A stretch of 44,464 bases of DNA from Octopus bimaculoides (GCF_001194135.2 NC_068990.1:86117121-86161584); one strand, 5' to 3'; shown: positions 11,931 to 24,049, numbered from the stretch's first letter. Notes: generated by a model not told the origin, from the sequence alone. Made by a program: numbers and translations.

Positions 11931-12406
11931 CTTTATCAAAGATTTTTCCAATTTCCCCTTTAACTCTTTGTTTTCTTTGGAGCAATGATGCTCCCAAGTT
12001 CCCTAAAATGTTTAAAGACTTTTGGTCTCATTTTACTGAATGAAACTATGTCAGTGGGATGATGTTGCTGCATTTTGTAATTAGGGATCTTAGAAATGAT
12101 GACAACTGATAAAACTGTCATTGTCAAATTAAAAAATGCTTTAAGTTACTTGTTCCATAGTTTATTTCATGTGTACTGTATTGATTTTTTCTTTGTATTT
12201 TGCTATTAATAAAAAGTCCACGATTAAACAAGATTTTTGAGGAATTCTATACACTGAAGTTGAAAAAAAGATTTTGAGACATTATGAGAACAAGGACAAT
12301 TTTCACTCCAAACTAAACATAAACGCCAACATTTAAGGAAATGTGAAAAATATATTTAATATAAAATTGAAATTTGAGCAAAGTCATGTCATATNNNNNN
12401 NNNNTG

Positions 12407-12440
<34 letters not shown>

Positions 12441-12816
12441 ATACAGGCTAGTGTAAACAAACAAGAGAAAGGAAGTACTCCTTATTAGATGAAATATGGC
12501 ATATAAATTAGTTGAAGCTGAAATTCTGCCAATTATCCTCTGAGTTTCTCATTGCAAGAAATTTGGACAAACAATATTTGAGGTTTTAGCTACCAATAAA
12601 TTATTTGTGTATCTATCTAGCTAATGCTTTTCTTTCTATGTGTGTATATGTGTATATACACATTATTAATTACATATACTTAATGTAAATACATGTTTTT
12701 TATGGTGGCTGCAATAGCATGGTGGAATATATACACTCTCAAGCACTGGATGTTAAAACAACTCAGTTATGGACATGCTACATATATATTATGCTATATA
12801 TATATTATGTGTGTAT

Positions 12817-13035
12817 TATGACGGGGTGTTGAAAAGTTCTCAGCTTTAATGAAGGCAGAAGGCCTGATTCGAGGCCCTACCTTCTGAATTCTTTTACAAG
12901 GCTTAGCAAAACCGAAGGACCGTTGCGATAAGTATGTAAATCTGAGAGGGGAATATGTTGAATAAAATCATAATTAACTGATTCTCCTGAATTTTCTTTT
13001 ACCCAAAACCAGGGGGTTTTCAGCAACCCCTTGTA
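12817..13035. mobile_element. Tc1/mariner non-autonomous element (MITE)
   Basis: Imperfect TIRs ggggtgttgaaaagttc and gttttcagcaacccc, TA-flanked. The internal sequence is mariner 3'-end-like (ggggaatatgttgaataa). Confidence 0.7.
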
Positions 13036-13041
13036 TATATC

Positions 13042-13850
13042 AATCATCATCATCATCACTTAATGTCTGTTTTCCATGCTGACATGGGTTGGATGGTTTG
13101 TTTGAGCAGAGCTGGCAAGCCAGAGAGCTGCACCAGGTTCCAGTCTGATTTGGCTTGGTTTCCATGGTTGGATGCCCTTCCTAATGCCAACCACTTTACA
13201 ATGTGCACTGGATGCTTTTTACATGAACCAGCATTGGTGCTGTTTATGTGGACCAGCACGCATGCTTCTTGAACGAACTGGAATGGGTGGTTTTTATATC
13301 GACATAAAAGAATGGAGATTCATACATTTTTAGCCTTACACGCATTTCAGATATATTGGTACAGCATAATTCTGCAGTTTATTAATTGATTCATATTTAA
13401 CCAACCAAATGTATGTATGTTTGTGTGTGTATATATATATATATATACACATCATCATCATTTAACATCCGCTTTCCATGGTAGCATAGGTTGGACGATT
13501 TGACTGAGGACTGGCGAAGCGGATGGCTACACCAGACTCCAGTCTGATCTGGCAGAGTTTCTACAGCTGGATGCTCTTCCTAATGCCAACCACTCTGAGA
13601 GTGTAGTGGGTGCTTTTCACATGCCACTGGCACGAGGGCCAGTCTGGTGGTACTGGCAACAGCTATGCTCAAATGGTGTTTTTTATGTGCCACCTGCACA
13701 GGAGTCAGCCAATGTTTTGTTCACATGCCACCGGCACAAGTGCCAGTAAGGCGAAGCTGGAAACGATCGCACTCAAATGGTGCTTTTTACATGCCACCGG
13801 CACAGGAGCGAGATCGCTGCTCTGGCAGTGATTCCACTCGGATGGTTCTA
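13042..13850 (-). mobile_element. Two family B-type SINE/RTE-tail repeats (13042-13260 variant; 13451-13850)
   Basis: Each starts with (cat)n, followed by ttccatgc...ggatgcccttcctaatgccaaccac. Confidence 0.8.
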
Positions 13851-13867
13851 TATATATACACGTATAT

Positions 13868-14082
13868 ACAGTAGTCCCTCAACTATCGTGAGTGTTATGT
13901 TCCAAAACCCCCGTGATAGGTGAAAATCTACAAAGTAGTAGTACTGTACTGTATATTTTTTGTTATTATTTTTATAATTTGTATATATTTATTTTATCAT
14001 AAATGCAAAACAACACCATGGAGGAATCAATGTAAGCTTAAATAACTGTGATAGGTGAACCGCGATATGGTGAGAGGTGAGG
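13868..14082. mobile_element. Tigger/pogo-like MITE, truncated by a gap
   Basis: TA followed by cagtagtccctcaactatcg at the left end. gtgataggtgaa is repeated internally, and cgcgatatgg lies near the right end. Confidence 0.55.
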
Positions 14083-14453
14083 GNNNNNNNNNNNNNNNNN
14101 NNNNNNNNNNNNNNNNNNNNNNNNNNNNNNNNNNNNNNNNNNNNNNNNNNNNNNNNNNNNNNNNNNNNNNNNNNNNNNNNNNNNNNNNNNNNNNNNNNNN
14201 NNNNNNNNNNNNNNNNNNNNNNNNNNNNNNNNNNNNNNNNNNNNNNNNNNNNNNNNNNNNNNNNNNNNNNNNNNNNNNNNNNNNNNNNNNNNNNNNNNNN
14301 NNNNNNNNNNNNNNNNNNNNNNNNNNNNNNNNNNNNNNNNNNNNNNNNNNNNNNNNNNNNNNNNNNNNNNNNNNNNNNNNNNNNNNNNNNNNNNNNNNNN
14401 NNNNNNNNNNNNNNNNNNNNNNNNNNNNNNNNNNNNNNNNNNNNNNNNNNNNN

Positions 14454-14488
<35 letters not shown>

Positions 14489-14520
14489 GAAAAAATGTAT
14501 AAAAACGAAACAAGGCTTAC

Positions 14521-14772
14521 CAACAGAAAATTTCTCTTCAAACATGCTCTGTTTTGGTGTGAAGTTAAGATTCAAGGTAAAATCCCCAGTGGTATAAAGC
14601 ATGGGGGTGACACAGCTTGCTATGAGAATGTCTTTGACCATACATGGGAATGTAATATTGAGTTCCTTAAATACTGCAGTGAATGATTCAACTTGTGGAA
14701 AGCAAAGTCCATAAAGAGTTAAGGGCTGGCCACCAAGCATATGTCCGAATCTTGGAGTTACTGATAATTTCT
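14521..14772 (-). CDS. Internal exon (252 bp, phase 1-1) encoding an IPT/TIG domain of a Mesh/SUSD2-like protein
   Basis: Acceptor ttatttacttttgcag and donor TTG|gtaagc. Translation EKLSVTPRFGHMLGGQPLTLYGLCFPQVESFTAVFKELNITFPCMVKDILIASCVTPMLYTTGDFTLNLNFTPKQSMFEEKFSV has the P..G.MLGG...I.G.CF and CVTP motifs of the Mesh/SUSD2 TIG domain. Confidence 0.9.
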
Positions 14773-14805
14773 CTGCAAAAGTAAATAAATAATCAATAGA
14801 TATGT

Positions 14806-14848
<43 letters not shown>

Positions 14849-15050
14849 GAGAGATAGAGAGAGATACATAGACAGAAAGAAAGGTTGGATATATATATAA
14901 GTCATAGATGACAGAGAACTAGTTTGATGAAATTTTATCTAACAATATGAAACTCCAAATATCGAAATAAATATTCTACATGTTTTGAAGAATGATACAT
15001 CAAGGAGCTTTTTTATGAGTACTATCAGATTACTTGAATCTATATAATGT

Positions 15051-15086
<36 letters not shown>

Positions 15087-16734
15087 TATGCAGGGCAGGG
15101 AATCATCGCTATCAATCTGGAGTAATAATTTGTAGTTTTGAAATCAGTAGTTCTTTGACTGCTATTTCTGAATTCTCAGTATGTTGGAGAAGCAGGTTAC
15201 TGTCAATCCCTATATATTTATGATTATATATATATATATATATATATATATCCTTTTATCAGTTGTTGACTGAAGTTCAACAGTTTTGGGAACTCGAACA
15301 AAAATACAGAGATGAAGCATGGAGTAATGCATTTATAGTATCAAAGAACAAGAATATATATATAAAAAAGATATAAAAACGCACAAAAAGAATTATATAC
15401 AATAATCAAGAACTTTCAACCCAATTTTTAAAAAATGTAGTGTGAAACAGAAACAGCTGTCTTTTTGGCAATGATAAGCAGAACAAGCAAAGAGGATACT
15501 AAACAGACAATATAGATGTGAGGTGGGAAGAAGAAGAAGTACTCAATACACTGATAATGATAGTTAAGTGGGGATCTTAGCTGTAAATGTATATGCCAGG
15601 GATAGTCAAATTTGCTTAATATAAGAGCTACCTGTAATAAACTTCATGTTTGAGAGCTGCAAGTTAGAAACAAAATTTAGACACATTTTTGTTACATAAA
15701 CAATTTTTCATTTTTTTTTCTTTTACCATAATTTTATGCAAGTCATAATAAATTCATATATGTGATAATATTTGTTTATGTATATAGTTTTTAAAACTAC
15801 TAATCTGTATTGGTTATAATAATCACATGCACTAAATATATTCCTCTTCTTGTAACATGATTGATAATTAATATGATAATGGACTAAATGGACAGCAAAG
15901 TAAAATATGCAAATTTGCATTTCAGTAGTATAAATTTTGACCGTCAAATATAAAACTAAAAGGGGGTGGGGTGAATATTTCTAAAGATATTTGTTTTATG
16001 TGGTAAATATATAGAGGATAAACAAAAATCAAACCAATAAAATTGGAAGAGTTTTCATTTGAAATCAACTATGTCACTAAAATCAAAGTGTTTAAAAACT
16101 TCTAAGACAGACCATGCTGCAATTATCCTGCTATTAAAGCTGTTATACACTGCTTGTAGAAGTTTTGTAGGTCATGTTTTAATCCGATACTTACTACCTT
16201 AGAACAGTACAGAATTATATTTTTATGACAGAAAGACCATGCTGCAGTTATCATGCTCTGTCACATGGGGTGTTCAAGATTCCCCCATAACAGAAATTGG
16301 TTTTTTTGCAATGACAGATTTCATAATATTTTCAATACTTGAAATACCTGTCTGCCAGGTGTTCCAGGAGAATACGTACATATTTTCGTGTTAAAACTAC
16401 TGTCGAGGTTAAACCGTAAATTTATATTCAACACTGATTATTATGCAGTCATAACAGCTTTGCCCTTGAAACGGTTTTCTTTTCGCTCCAAAAATGGGAA
16501 AAACTCTGGAAAGCTGGCATCACTTTCCATTCGTGCAACTTAATCCTGTATTCCTCTTCATCACCATTGCTGACATACCGTCTGTCACAACACTTAGGAC
16601 TTTATTCAGTAAAACAATGGCCGTCTCTAAGGGCTCTGAAAGGTGCATTTTAAATGTCAATGCTCAAAGTTGTTTCAGAAGTGACTTTTATCTTTTACCT
16701 GCTCTTTTCAGTCGTTAGACTGTGGCCATTTGCT

Positions 16735-16915
16735 GGAATTTTGGCTGCTCAGATTAGCCCTGATCAAATACACCTATAATCAAAGACCTACCATCCATGG
16801 CTATCTTGCCTTTTTTCATATGTTCAACGTTTCCCTTTCTAAGATGGTAGGTGTGATATGAGGGAGATTTGGCTGTTATTTTTAGCAAGTTAAGTGATCA
16901 CATAGAGGCTTCTAA
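16735..16915 (-). mobile_element. SINE-like repeat, family D (AAC tail; gagggagatttggctgctatttct core)
   Basis: The same core recurs at about 3345, 25420, 25665, 26980, 27160, 33415 and 40395. A sense-strand 3' end with (aac)n lies at 17835-17900. Confidence 0.7.
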
Positions 16916-17371
16916 ATACTCTGTAGTTGTCTATGGTTGACAGACTGAAGTGAACAAGCAAAAACTGGATGTGCTTTTTTTGGTGGATGTCCATGTTGTC
17001 TTTGTATCGTCTGTCTGGATGTTTTGCGCTCTTGTGCCATTCTGTATTATTTATATATATANNNNNNNNNNNNNNNNNNNNNNNNNNNNNNNNNNNNNNN
17101 NNNNNNNNNNNNNNNNNNNNNNNNNNNNNNNNNNNNNNNNNNNNNNNNNNNNNNNNNNNNNNNNNNNNNNNNNNNNNNNNNNNNNNNNNNNNNNNNNNNN
17201 NNNNNNNNNNNNNNNNNNNNNNNNNNNNNNNNNNNNNNNNNNNNNNNNNNNNNNNNNNNNNNNNNNNNNNNNNNNNNNNNNNNNNNNNNNNNNNNNNNNN
17301 NNNNNNNNNNNNNNNNNNNNNNNNNNNNNNNNNNNNNNNNNNNNNNNNNNNNNNNNNNNNNTCTTTCACCG

Positions 17372-17682
17372 ATATACTCTTTTACTTGTTTCAGTCATTT
17401 GACTGTGGCCATGCTGGAGCACTGCCTTTAGTTGAGCAAATCGACCCCAGGACTTATTCTTTGTAAGCCTAGCACTTATTCTATTGGTCTCTTATGCCGA
17501 AACACACCAGCATCGGTTGTCAAGCAATGTTGGGGGGACAAACACAGACACACAAACATATACACACACATGCATACATACATATATATGACAGGCTTCT
17601 TTCAGTTTCTGTCTACCAAATCCACTCACAAGGCTTTGGTCAGCCCGAGGCTATAGTAGAAGACACTTGCCCAAGGTGCCAC
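17372..17682 (-). mobile_element. SINE family A, 5'-truncated with an internal deletion
   Basis: Matches 11530-11930. Confidence 0.85.
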
Positions 17683-18219
17683 TAGATATAACTAGAGGTA
17701 CTGTACAGGAATATGTGGGTGTGTTTGTTGCTATGTGAGATATGGTAAAGGTACATGTTAGTAGCAGAGGTACAATAGAGATACATCTATGTCAGTATGT
17801 GTGGTGTAAGTATAGAGGTATATATATATCAGTCAGTAAATGATGCTTTGATCATGGACTGCTTGATCAGGGAGTTGATCACAACAACAACAACAACACT
17901 ACTATTACTAGTTAAACACCCACCATAATCACTACTATTGCCCCCCACCACCCCATAACGTGTCAGGTATGATTATTATACCTGAAATGTTATGGCTTCA
18001 TTACCTGTGCCTCACCGCTTCCCTCATGACTACCATCACAGCCACACAGCAGAATGGAATGTAGTTCCCTGCAACATTTACTTTAGCAAACCAACAGTAA
18101 TGGGAGAACAAACTGAGGAATCAGTTTTGTGGCCTGGGCTGAGCTGGTTTCCACTATAAAACCACTCACATGCATTAGCCAGCGGCTGGTGGGTGGTGGT
18201 ACAAACAGCACCAGTAATG

Positions 18220-18252
<33 letters not shown>

Positions 18253-18544
18253 AAAGAGAAAAATGGTGAAAATAAGAAAAGCAGAAATCTGAATGCCATA
18301 CCAATAGTGCAAGTAACCTGTCCTTGATATGGTCGTTTTATGTCTATGCATGAGTTAGAACAGTGCTACTCAAAGTGGTGGTCCGCAGACCAGCACCGGT
18401 CTGCGAGCCATCAGCTGCTGGTACACAGCGAGTTTCCAGCAAAGAAAGAAACATTATAAAATGCTTATGTAATATTGTATTATTTGTTTACAAAAATAAA
18501 TATAAGATAAAATTGTCAACTTTTATTATATTCATTATATATAT

Positions 18545-18700
18545 TGGCGTTAGGAAGGGCATCCAGCTGTAGAAACTCTGCCAAATTTAGATTGGAGCCT
18601 GGTGTTGCCATCCGGTTTCACCAGTCCTCAGTCAAATCGTCCAACCCATGCTAGCATGGAAAGCGGACGTTAAACGATGATGATGATTATGATGATGATA
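18545..18700 (+). mobile_element. Family B repeat, young copy
   Basis: Reverse complement of 1091-1240 with about one difference. (gat)n tail. Confidence 0.85.
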
Positions 18701-18734
18701 TTGTTTCCGGGATAAATTAATATTGCTAAGAAAT

Positions 18735-18955
18735 AAGGCTGTGAGCTGGCAGAAACGTTAGCACACTGGGCGAAATGTTTAGCAGTATTTCGTCTGTCTT
18801 TATGTTCTGAGTTCAGATTCCACCGAGGCAGACTGAGCCTTTCATCCTTCCGGGGTCGATAAATTAAGTACCAGTTGTGTACTGGTGTCAATCTAATCGA
18901 TTGGCCCCCCCCCACCTCCCCCCAAATTTCAGGTTTTGTGCCTAGAGTAGAAAAT
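18735..18955 (+). mobile_element. SINE family C, full length, with a target-site duplication
   Basis: Head aaggctgtgagctggcagaa and B box gagttcagattcc. Flanked by taatattgctaagaaat and taatattactaagaaat. Confidence 0.9.
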
Positions 18956-19236
18956 AATATTACTAAGAAATATTACCGGTCTCTGGCATGTTTTTTATGT
19001 ATGTTTCTTCCATGCTGATATGGGTCAGGTGAATATATCATTAAGGCATTGTTTAACAGCTGCATGCCCTTCATACCACTAACGCTTACACGTTTTTCAA
19101 GTACGGATCCCTTATTCTATGTCTTTGAAAGTAAATAAAAAACAGCTGATGTTAACAGGGAAAATGGGTTTCCAAGCCAAGATAATATTTTCTCCAATTC
19201 TCTGAAGTTCAACACTACAATGGCCAGTCCTGATTT

Positions 19237-19575
19237 GAAGGTGCATGGATCAGTGGTTAGAAAGTTGGGCTCACAATCGTGAGGTAGTAAGTTCGATTCC
19301 TGGACCAGGCTGTGTGTTGTGTTCTTGAGCAAGACACTTTATTTCATGTTGCTCCAGTTCACTCAGCTGTAGAAATGAGTTGCGATGTCACTGGTGCCAC
19401 GCTGTATCGGCCCCTTTGCCTTTCCCTTGGACAATATCAGTGGCATGAAGAGGGGAGGCTGGTATGCATGGGTGACTGCTGGTCTTCTATAAACAACTAT
19501 GCCTGGACTTGTGCCCAGGAGGGGAACTTTCTAGGTGCAATCCCATGGCTATTGATGACCGAAGTGGTTCTTTAC
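19237..19575 (+). mobile_element. tRNA-derived SINE, family F
   Basis: A box tggatcagtggt and B box agttcgattcc. Homologous to 597-907. Confidence 0.85.
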
Positions 19576-19989
19576 CTTTGTAGTCCTGATTAAAAATATT
19601 GCAATTGAAAAATACCACTTGATATTGTGACATTTGTTTGCAGTTTTTATGTGATGTCAAGACAAGGGTGCATCAACACACACACACACACACACACAAT
19701 GAGCTTTGCTGAGTATCCAGCTGCATTCACTCACAAGGTATTTGTCAGTTAAGGGATACACTAGAAGATATTTGCCCACCCGATTGCCACATAATGGAAT
19801 TGAACCTAAAAACCATGTGGCTTTGAAGAGAACTTCTTAAGCACATATACTGGTATCTATCTATGCTTATCACACACACACACACATCTCCATCGTTTAG
19901 TCTGCTTTTCCTTGGCAGCATGAAAAAAGCAGATGTAATATGATGATGATTACACAAACACATAGTTCTGAGTGTGTGTGCATGTGGGT

Positions 19990-20023
<34 letters not shown>

Positions 20024-21324
20024 TCACTGTAGTTAATGGGTGTGTAACCAGTCCTAGATAATAGACCAAAACTTTTAGAATGTAGTCAGTCAATAGCACC
20101 CCCACCCTAATACCTAGTGATATACAAGGCTGTGAGAGAGGGGGGAGAGAGGGGATTAAGTAGATAGAGTGAGAGAGTATGGGGGGGGGTGAAGAATAAA
20201 AGATGAGTAGGGTGGCAGTAGTCTTAATTTTTGTGTGAATGGAACACATTCTTTGTTCAGTTATCAACAGTAGACACACCCATTTTCTTTTTTTTCTTTA
20301 GAAGGTGGAGAAAGGTTCTATGTGTATATGTATAGAATATATGAACACACTCTCACACACACACATAACAACAACAACAACAACAATAATAATAATGATA
20401 ATAATAATAATAATAATGATAAATTCACAGGTATAATATATATGTATGTATGTATTTATTCATATTCATAGTAAGCAGGAACGAAGATATTACTAACATC
20501 TGGGAAGGAGATTGGAATTCAGGAGGTGTACTCAGTGTAAACTGTATGTGTGTGTACATGTGTGTGTGTGTGTGTATGTGCACCAGGGTTGCTGTGGGAT
20601 CACTGGCAGGTCAAGGGTGGAAGAAGGATTTCAAACATTCGTAGCAAATGTGCAGAGGTAGTTAGTGGGAAAGGGGTCCTGTGAAATAAAATTTTTTTTT
20701 TCAATAACACAAGGAACTCCCTAGATGTAAGTTGATTGATTCTGTTACCTTAGTGACCAAATTAACTGTGGAGTCTGGCGCTCCGAAAAGGGTAGTGATA
20801 ATTGCTGCCAGTTAAGCCCGCAAAATAGGGAGTTGAAATATGGAAGGATACACATACTTGGCACTGTGTACATAACCCTTACCGTACAGGAACTGAGTAT
20901 ATTCAGTTCCGTGCATGTGCACCTGAAACATAGGGACCAAATTAACTCTTTTGATTGTGAGATACTTTCCAGAATTCTCAAAGTTTCGTATGACGTAGTA
21001 TGGATGTTCTATTTTTACTGGCCAATGGAAAGAGGCTGGGAAGACTAATTTACATATGATTAGCCTGTTACATCACCAGCAAAAATTTTATCAGCACAGC
21101 AAGGGTCAACGGTGATTCTAATAATTAAATGGGGAAGAAAGTCAGTGATGCATGATAACATTGCCTACAGTATGTTGTGGTTGGTAAACTACCACTTCCA
21201 TACTGTAAACAAAGCTGTGAATTGCACATAAAGGGGCATTTCATTTTGGTCTCACTTGTAGCAGACTTAGAATCTATGGCAATACACATGTGCTGCTACC
21301 ACAGTTATTGCAAATTAAGACAAT

Positions 21325-21605
21325 ATCATCATTGTAGTTTAACGTCTGCCTTCCATGCTGGCATGGGTTGGACGATTTCACTGAGGACTGGTGAACCAGG
21401 TGGCTACACGAGGCTCCAATCTGATTTGGCAGAGTTTCTACAGTTGGATGCCCTTCCTAACGCCAACCACTCCGAGAGTGTGGTGGGTGCTTTTACGTGC
21501 CACTGGCACGAAGGCCAGTCAGGTGGTACTGGCAACAGCCATGCTCAAAATGGTGTATTTTACATGCCACCTGCACGGGAGCTAGTCCAGCGTCACTGGC
21601 AACGA
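21325..21605 (-). mobile_element. Family B repeat
   Basis: gtttaacgtctgccttccatgctggcatggg...gccaaccactccgagagtg... Confidence 0.8.
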
Positions 21606-21799
21606 TCGAAGTATATTAATTTTTCTATCCACTTGTGTTTGATGTGGATCAAAATATTTGGAATGCCATTTTTGAACCTTGAGTAAAGCAAAGACATAAA
21701 CAGTGGAGATAGACAAATCTGATGAAGTGCTATTACATGGTTGGTAGACCAGGTAATAGCAGCACATAGTGCGATTGTATATGTGTATATATATATATT

Positions 21800-22280
21800 C
21801 TTTCATTCTTTTACTTGTTTCAGTCATCTGACTGCAGCCATGCTGGAGCACCATCTTAAAGAAATCGACTCCAGGACTTATTCTTTGTAACCCTAGTACT
21901 TATTCAATCAATCTCTTTCACCTGCTAAATTACAGGGACATAACCACACCAGCATTGGTTGTCACGGGCTTCTTTAAGTTTCTGTCTACCGAATTCACTC
22001 ACAAGACTTTTGGTTGGCCCGAGGCTATAGTACAGGGTGTTCAAAAAGTCTATCCGCAGTGAATTTTATTTGATCTTGCGTATCACCATGGTGCTACTTC
22101 AAGAGTTTTTCGGTGAACGGATTATTTCGAAGAGACTTTGGCCACTAAGATCACCTGATTTAGCACCACCAGACTTTTTGAACACTCCGTAGAAGACACT
22201 TGCCCAAGATACCATGCAGTGGGACTCAACCTGGAACCATGTGGTTGGGAAGCAAGCTTCTTACCACACAGCTACGCCTG
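21800..22280 (-). mobile_element. SINE family A, interrupted by a mariner MITE
   Basis: The family A sequence is split at ggctatag|TA|gaagacacttgccc. Confidence 0.85.
22033..22189 (+). mobile_element. Internally deleted Tc1/mariner element (157 bp)
   Basis: TIRs cagggtgttcaaaaagtct and agactttttgaacactccg, with TA duplication. Internal translation FFGERIISKRLWPLRSPDLAPPDF contains the WP.RSPDL transposase motif. Confidence 0.9.
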
Positions 22281-22499
22281 CACCTATATATATATATACA
22301 GGAGTAAGCACATGAAATGTGCACAGAGTAACGGGTTTTTTTTTGTTATGTTTCTGCTGCTTTTAAATAAAGTATATATATATATATATATATGTACATA
22401 CATACACACACACACAGATAAGTGAAAATGGATGCCTTCAGTGTATGACAAATTTACCATTCAGGTTGAGTCTCAATCACATTAAACTCCTGTCTGACT

Positions 22500-22755
22500 A
22501 TGTACCCTACACTTAGAAGTTGCTAGGGTGTGGCACTTTTTCACACAGCTATCCTCATCTATACCAGTGCAATCGTCTCTCTTGCACACCACAACTGATG
22601 CTTCTTAGGTCTAACTTTTCTCTCAAGGTAGTTACACTCTGTCGAGTATGCACACTGACATTACACATCCATCGGAGCATACTGGCTTTGTTTCTTGCGA
22701 GCTTACGCATGCCCTCAGCAGTCAAGGTTTCACTGCCATGTAGCATGGCTATAGT
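22500..22755 (-). mobile_element. RTE-clade LINE 3' fragment
   Basis: AMLHGSETLTAEGMRKLARNKASMLRWMCNVSVHTRQSVTTLREKLDLRSISCGVQERRLHWY...DEDSCVKKC is a classic RTE post-RT region. Confidence 0.85.
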
Positions 22756-22900
22756 CTGATGAGCCATCCATAGGGTTAAGCCCTCTATGGATGCAAAACC
22801 ATTGGCCATTCCATTACTGGACACAGACTTAACTGCATATAAATACATTACTGCTCTATGTTTTAGAGTATGTTTGTTTTGGGGATAAATGATACATTGA

Positions 22901-22984
<84 letters not shown>

Positions 22985-24049
22985 ACTGTATCGTTTTTAA
23001 ACACAGCATGTCCATATTAACACTTCGCACAAGAGTTTTATGACCGAAAAAGAAATGGGCACTAGTTTCATATACAGTAGTAGTAACTGTGAATTTGATG
23101 AATTTGAAGGATTTTTCAAAAGACGGAGCAGTAAAATCAAATATGAAAGTGCAACAAATATAACCACATGCTTGATAGAGAATCAGATATATCAGTTACT
23201 TATTATTCCAAGATGACTACCACAGTAAATTTAATTTCTTCAATACATTTACATTAAGTTTAATACTTAGATGGCTAATTAAAAACCTATTGTTCTTCAC
23301 AAATTTTTGGAAGAGAGTGGACCCTGTCACAACCTCTGATTGGTTGAAAGTAATTAACTATTTTTTTTTTTTTTATATATATATATTTTTTCCTGATAGA
23401 AATATTCCAGAAATAACTGAGGAAGAAAACCATTAAAAAAAAAAGGTATACAAAATAAATTAAAACAGTATCATGGCTTCTTATTGGCCTGGAGGGTATT
23501 TGAACATTCTTTTGCTATGAACATTATCACGGGGATTAGGAAGCTAATTAGGATTATGAAGTAATGGAGTACAAACGAACATTTCAGCAAACAATACACT
23601 GCAAGGAAGAAAGCCTGAACAAACTTTTAGAAGTTATATCACTATTTCCATACTCGTTGTGTTCCAAAAACCCCTTTTGCATTTCACTAAATCCACAATT
23701 TAGTCTTTAAATTAATCTGAACACATAAGGGTTGTATTTTAGAAATACAGAGAAGGAAAAAGGTCAATTGTATTAGAAAACCATTATTGCCTTTGTTTCC
23801 ATGTGTGTGCATCTATCTATGTCTGCATGTGTGAATTTATTTCATTTCGTAGTTTTCTTCAAACATTTTGATAAATTCCAGCATTCCTCTCACCCTTTTT
23901 TTTGCTTACCTTTATGGTGCACCTATGTTAGATGGGCTAAACTTCAACTGAAAATCTAATAATGTGCACAATTCTTCTATACTGTAATTCTGTTATTACC
24001 TAACTGTCTGAATGTTTTGCATTCTTGTCCCATTTTTGTATTTTATATA

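Noticed and set aside
12150-12254. Acceptor followed by VYRIPQKSCLIVDFLLIAKYKEK as the exon after TIG
   Set aside because: There is an in-frame stop before any donor, and the similarity to the Mesh/SUSD2 post-TIG region is too weak.
16416-16448. 33-nt GT-AG segment as an ultra-short intron
   Set aside because: It is below the usual spliceosomal minimum for this kind of genome, and alternative sites explain the frame equally well.
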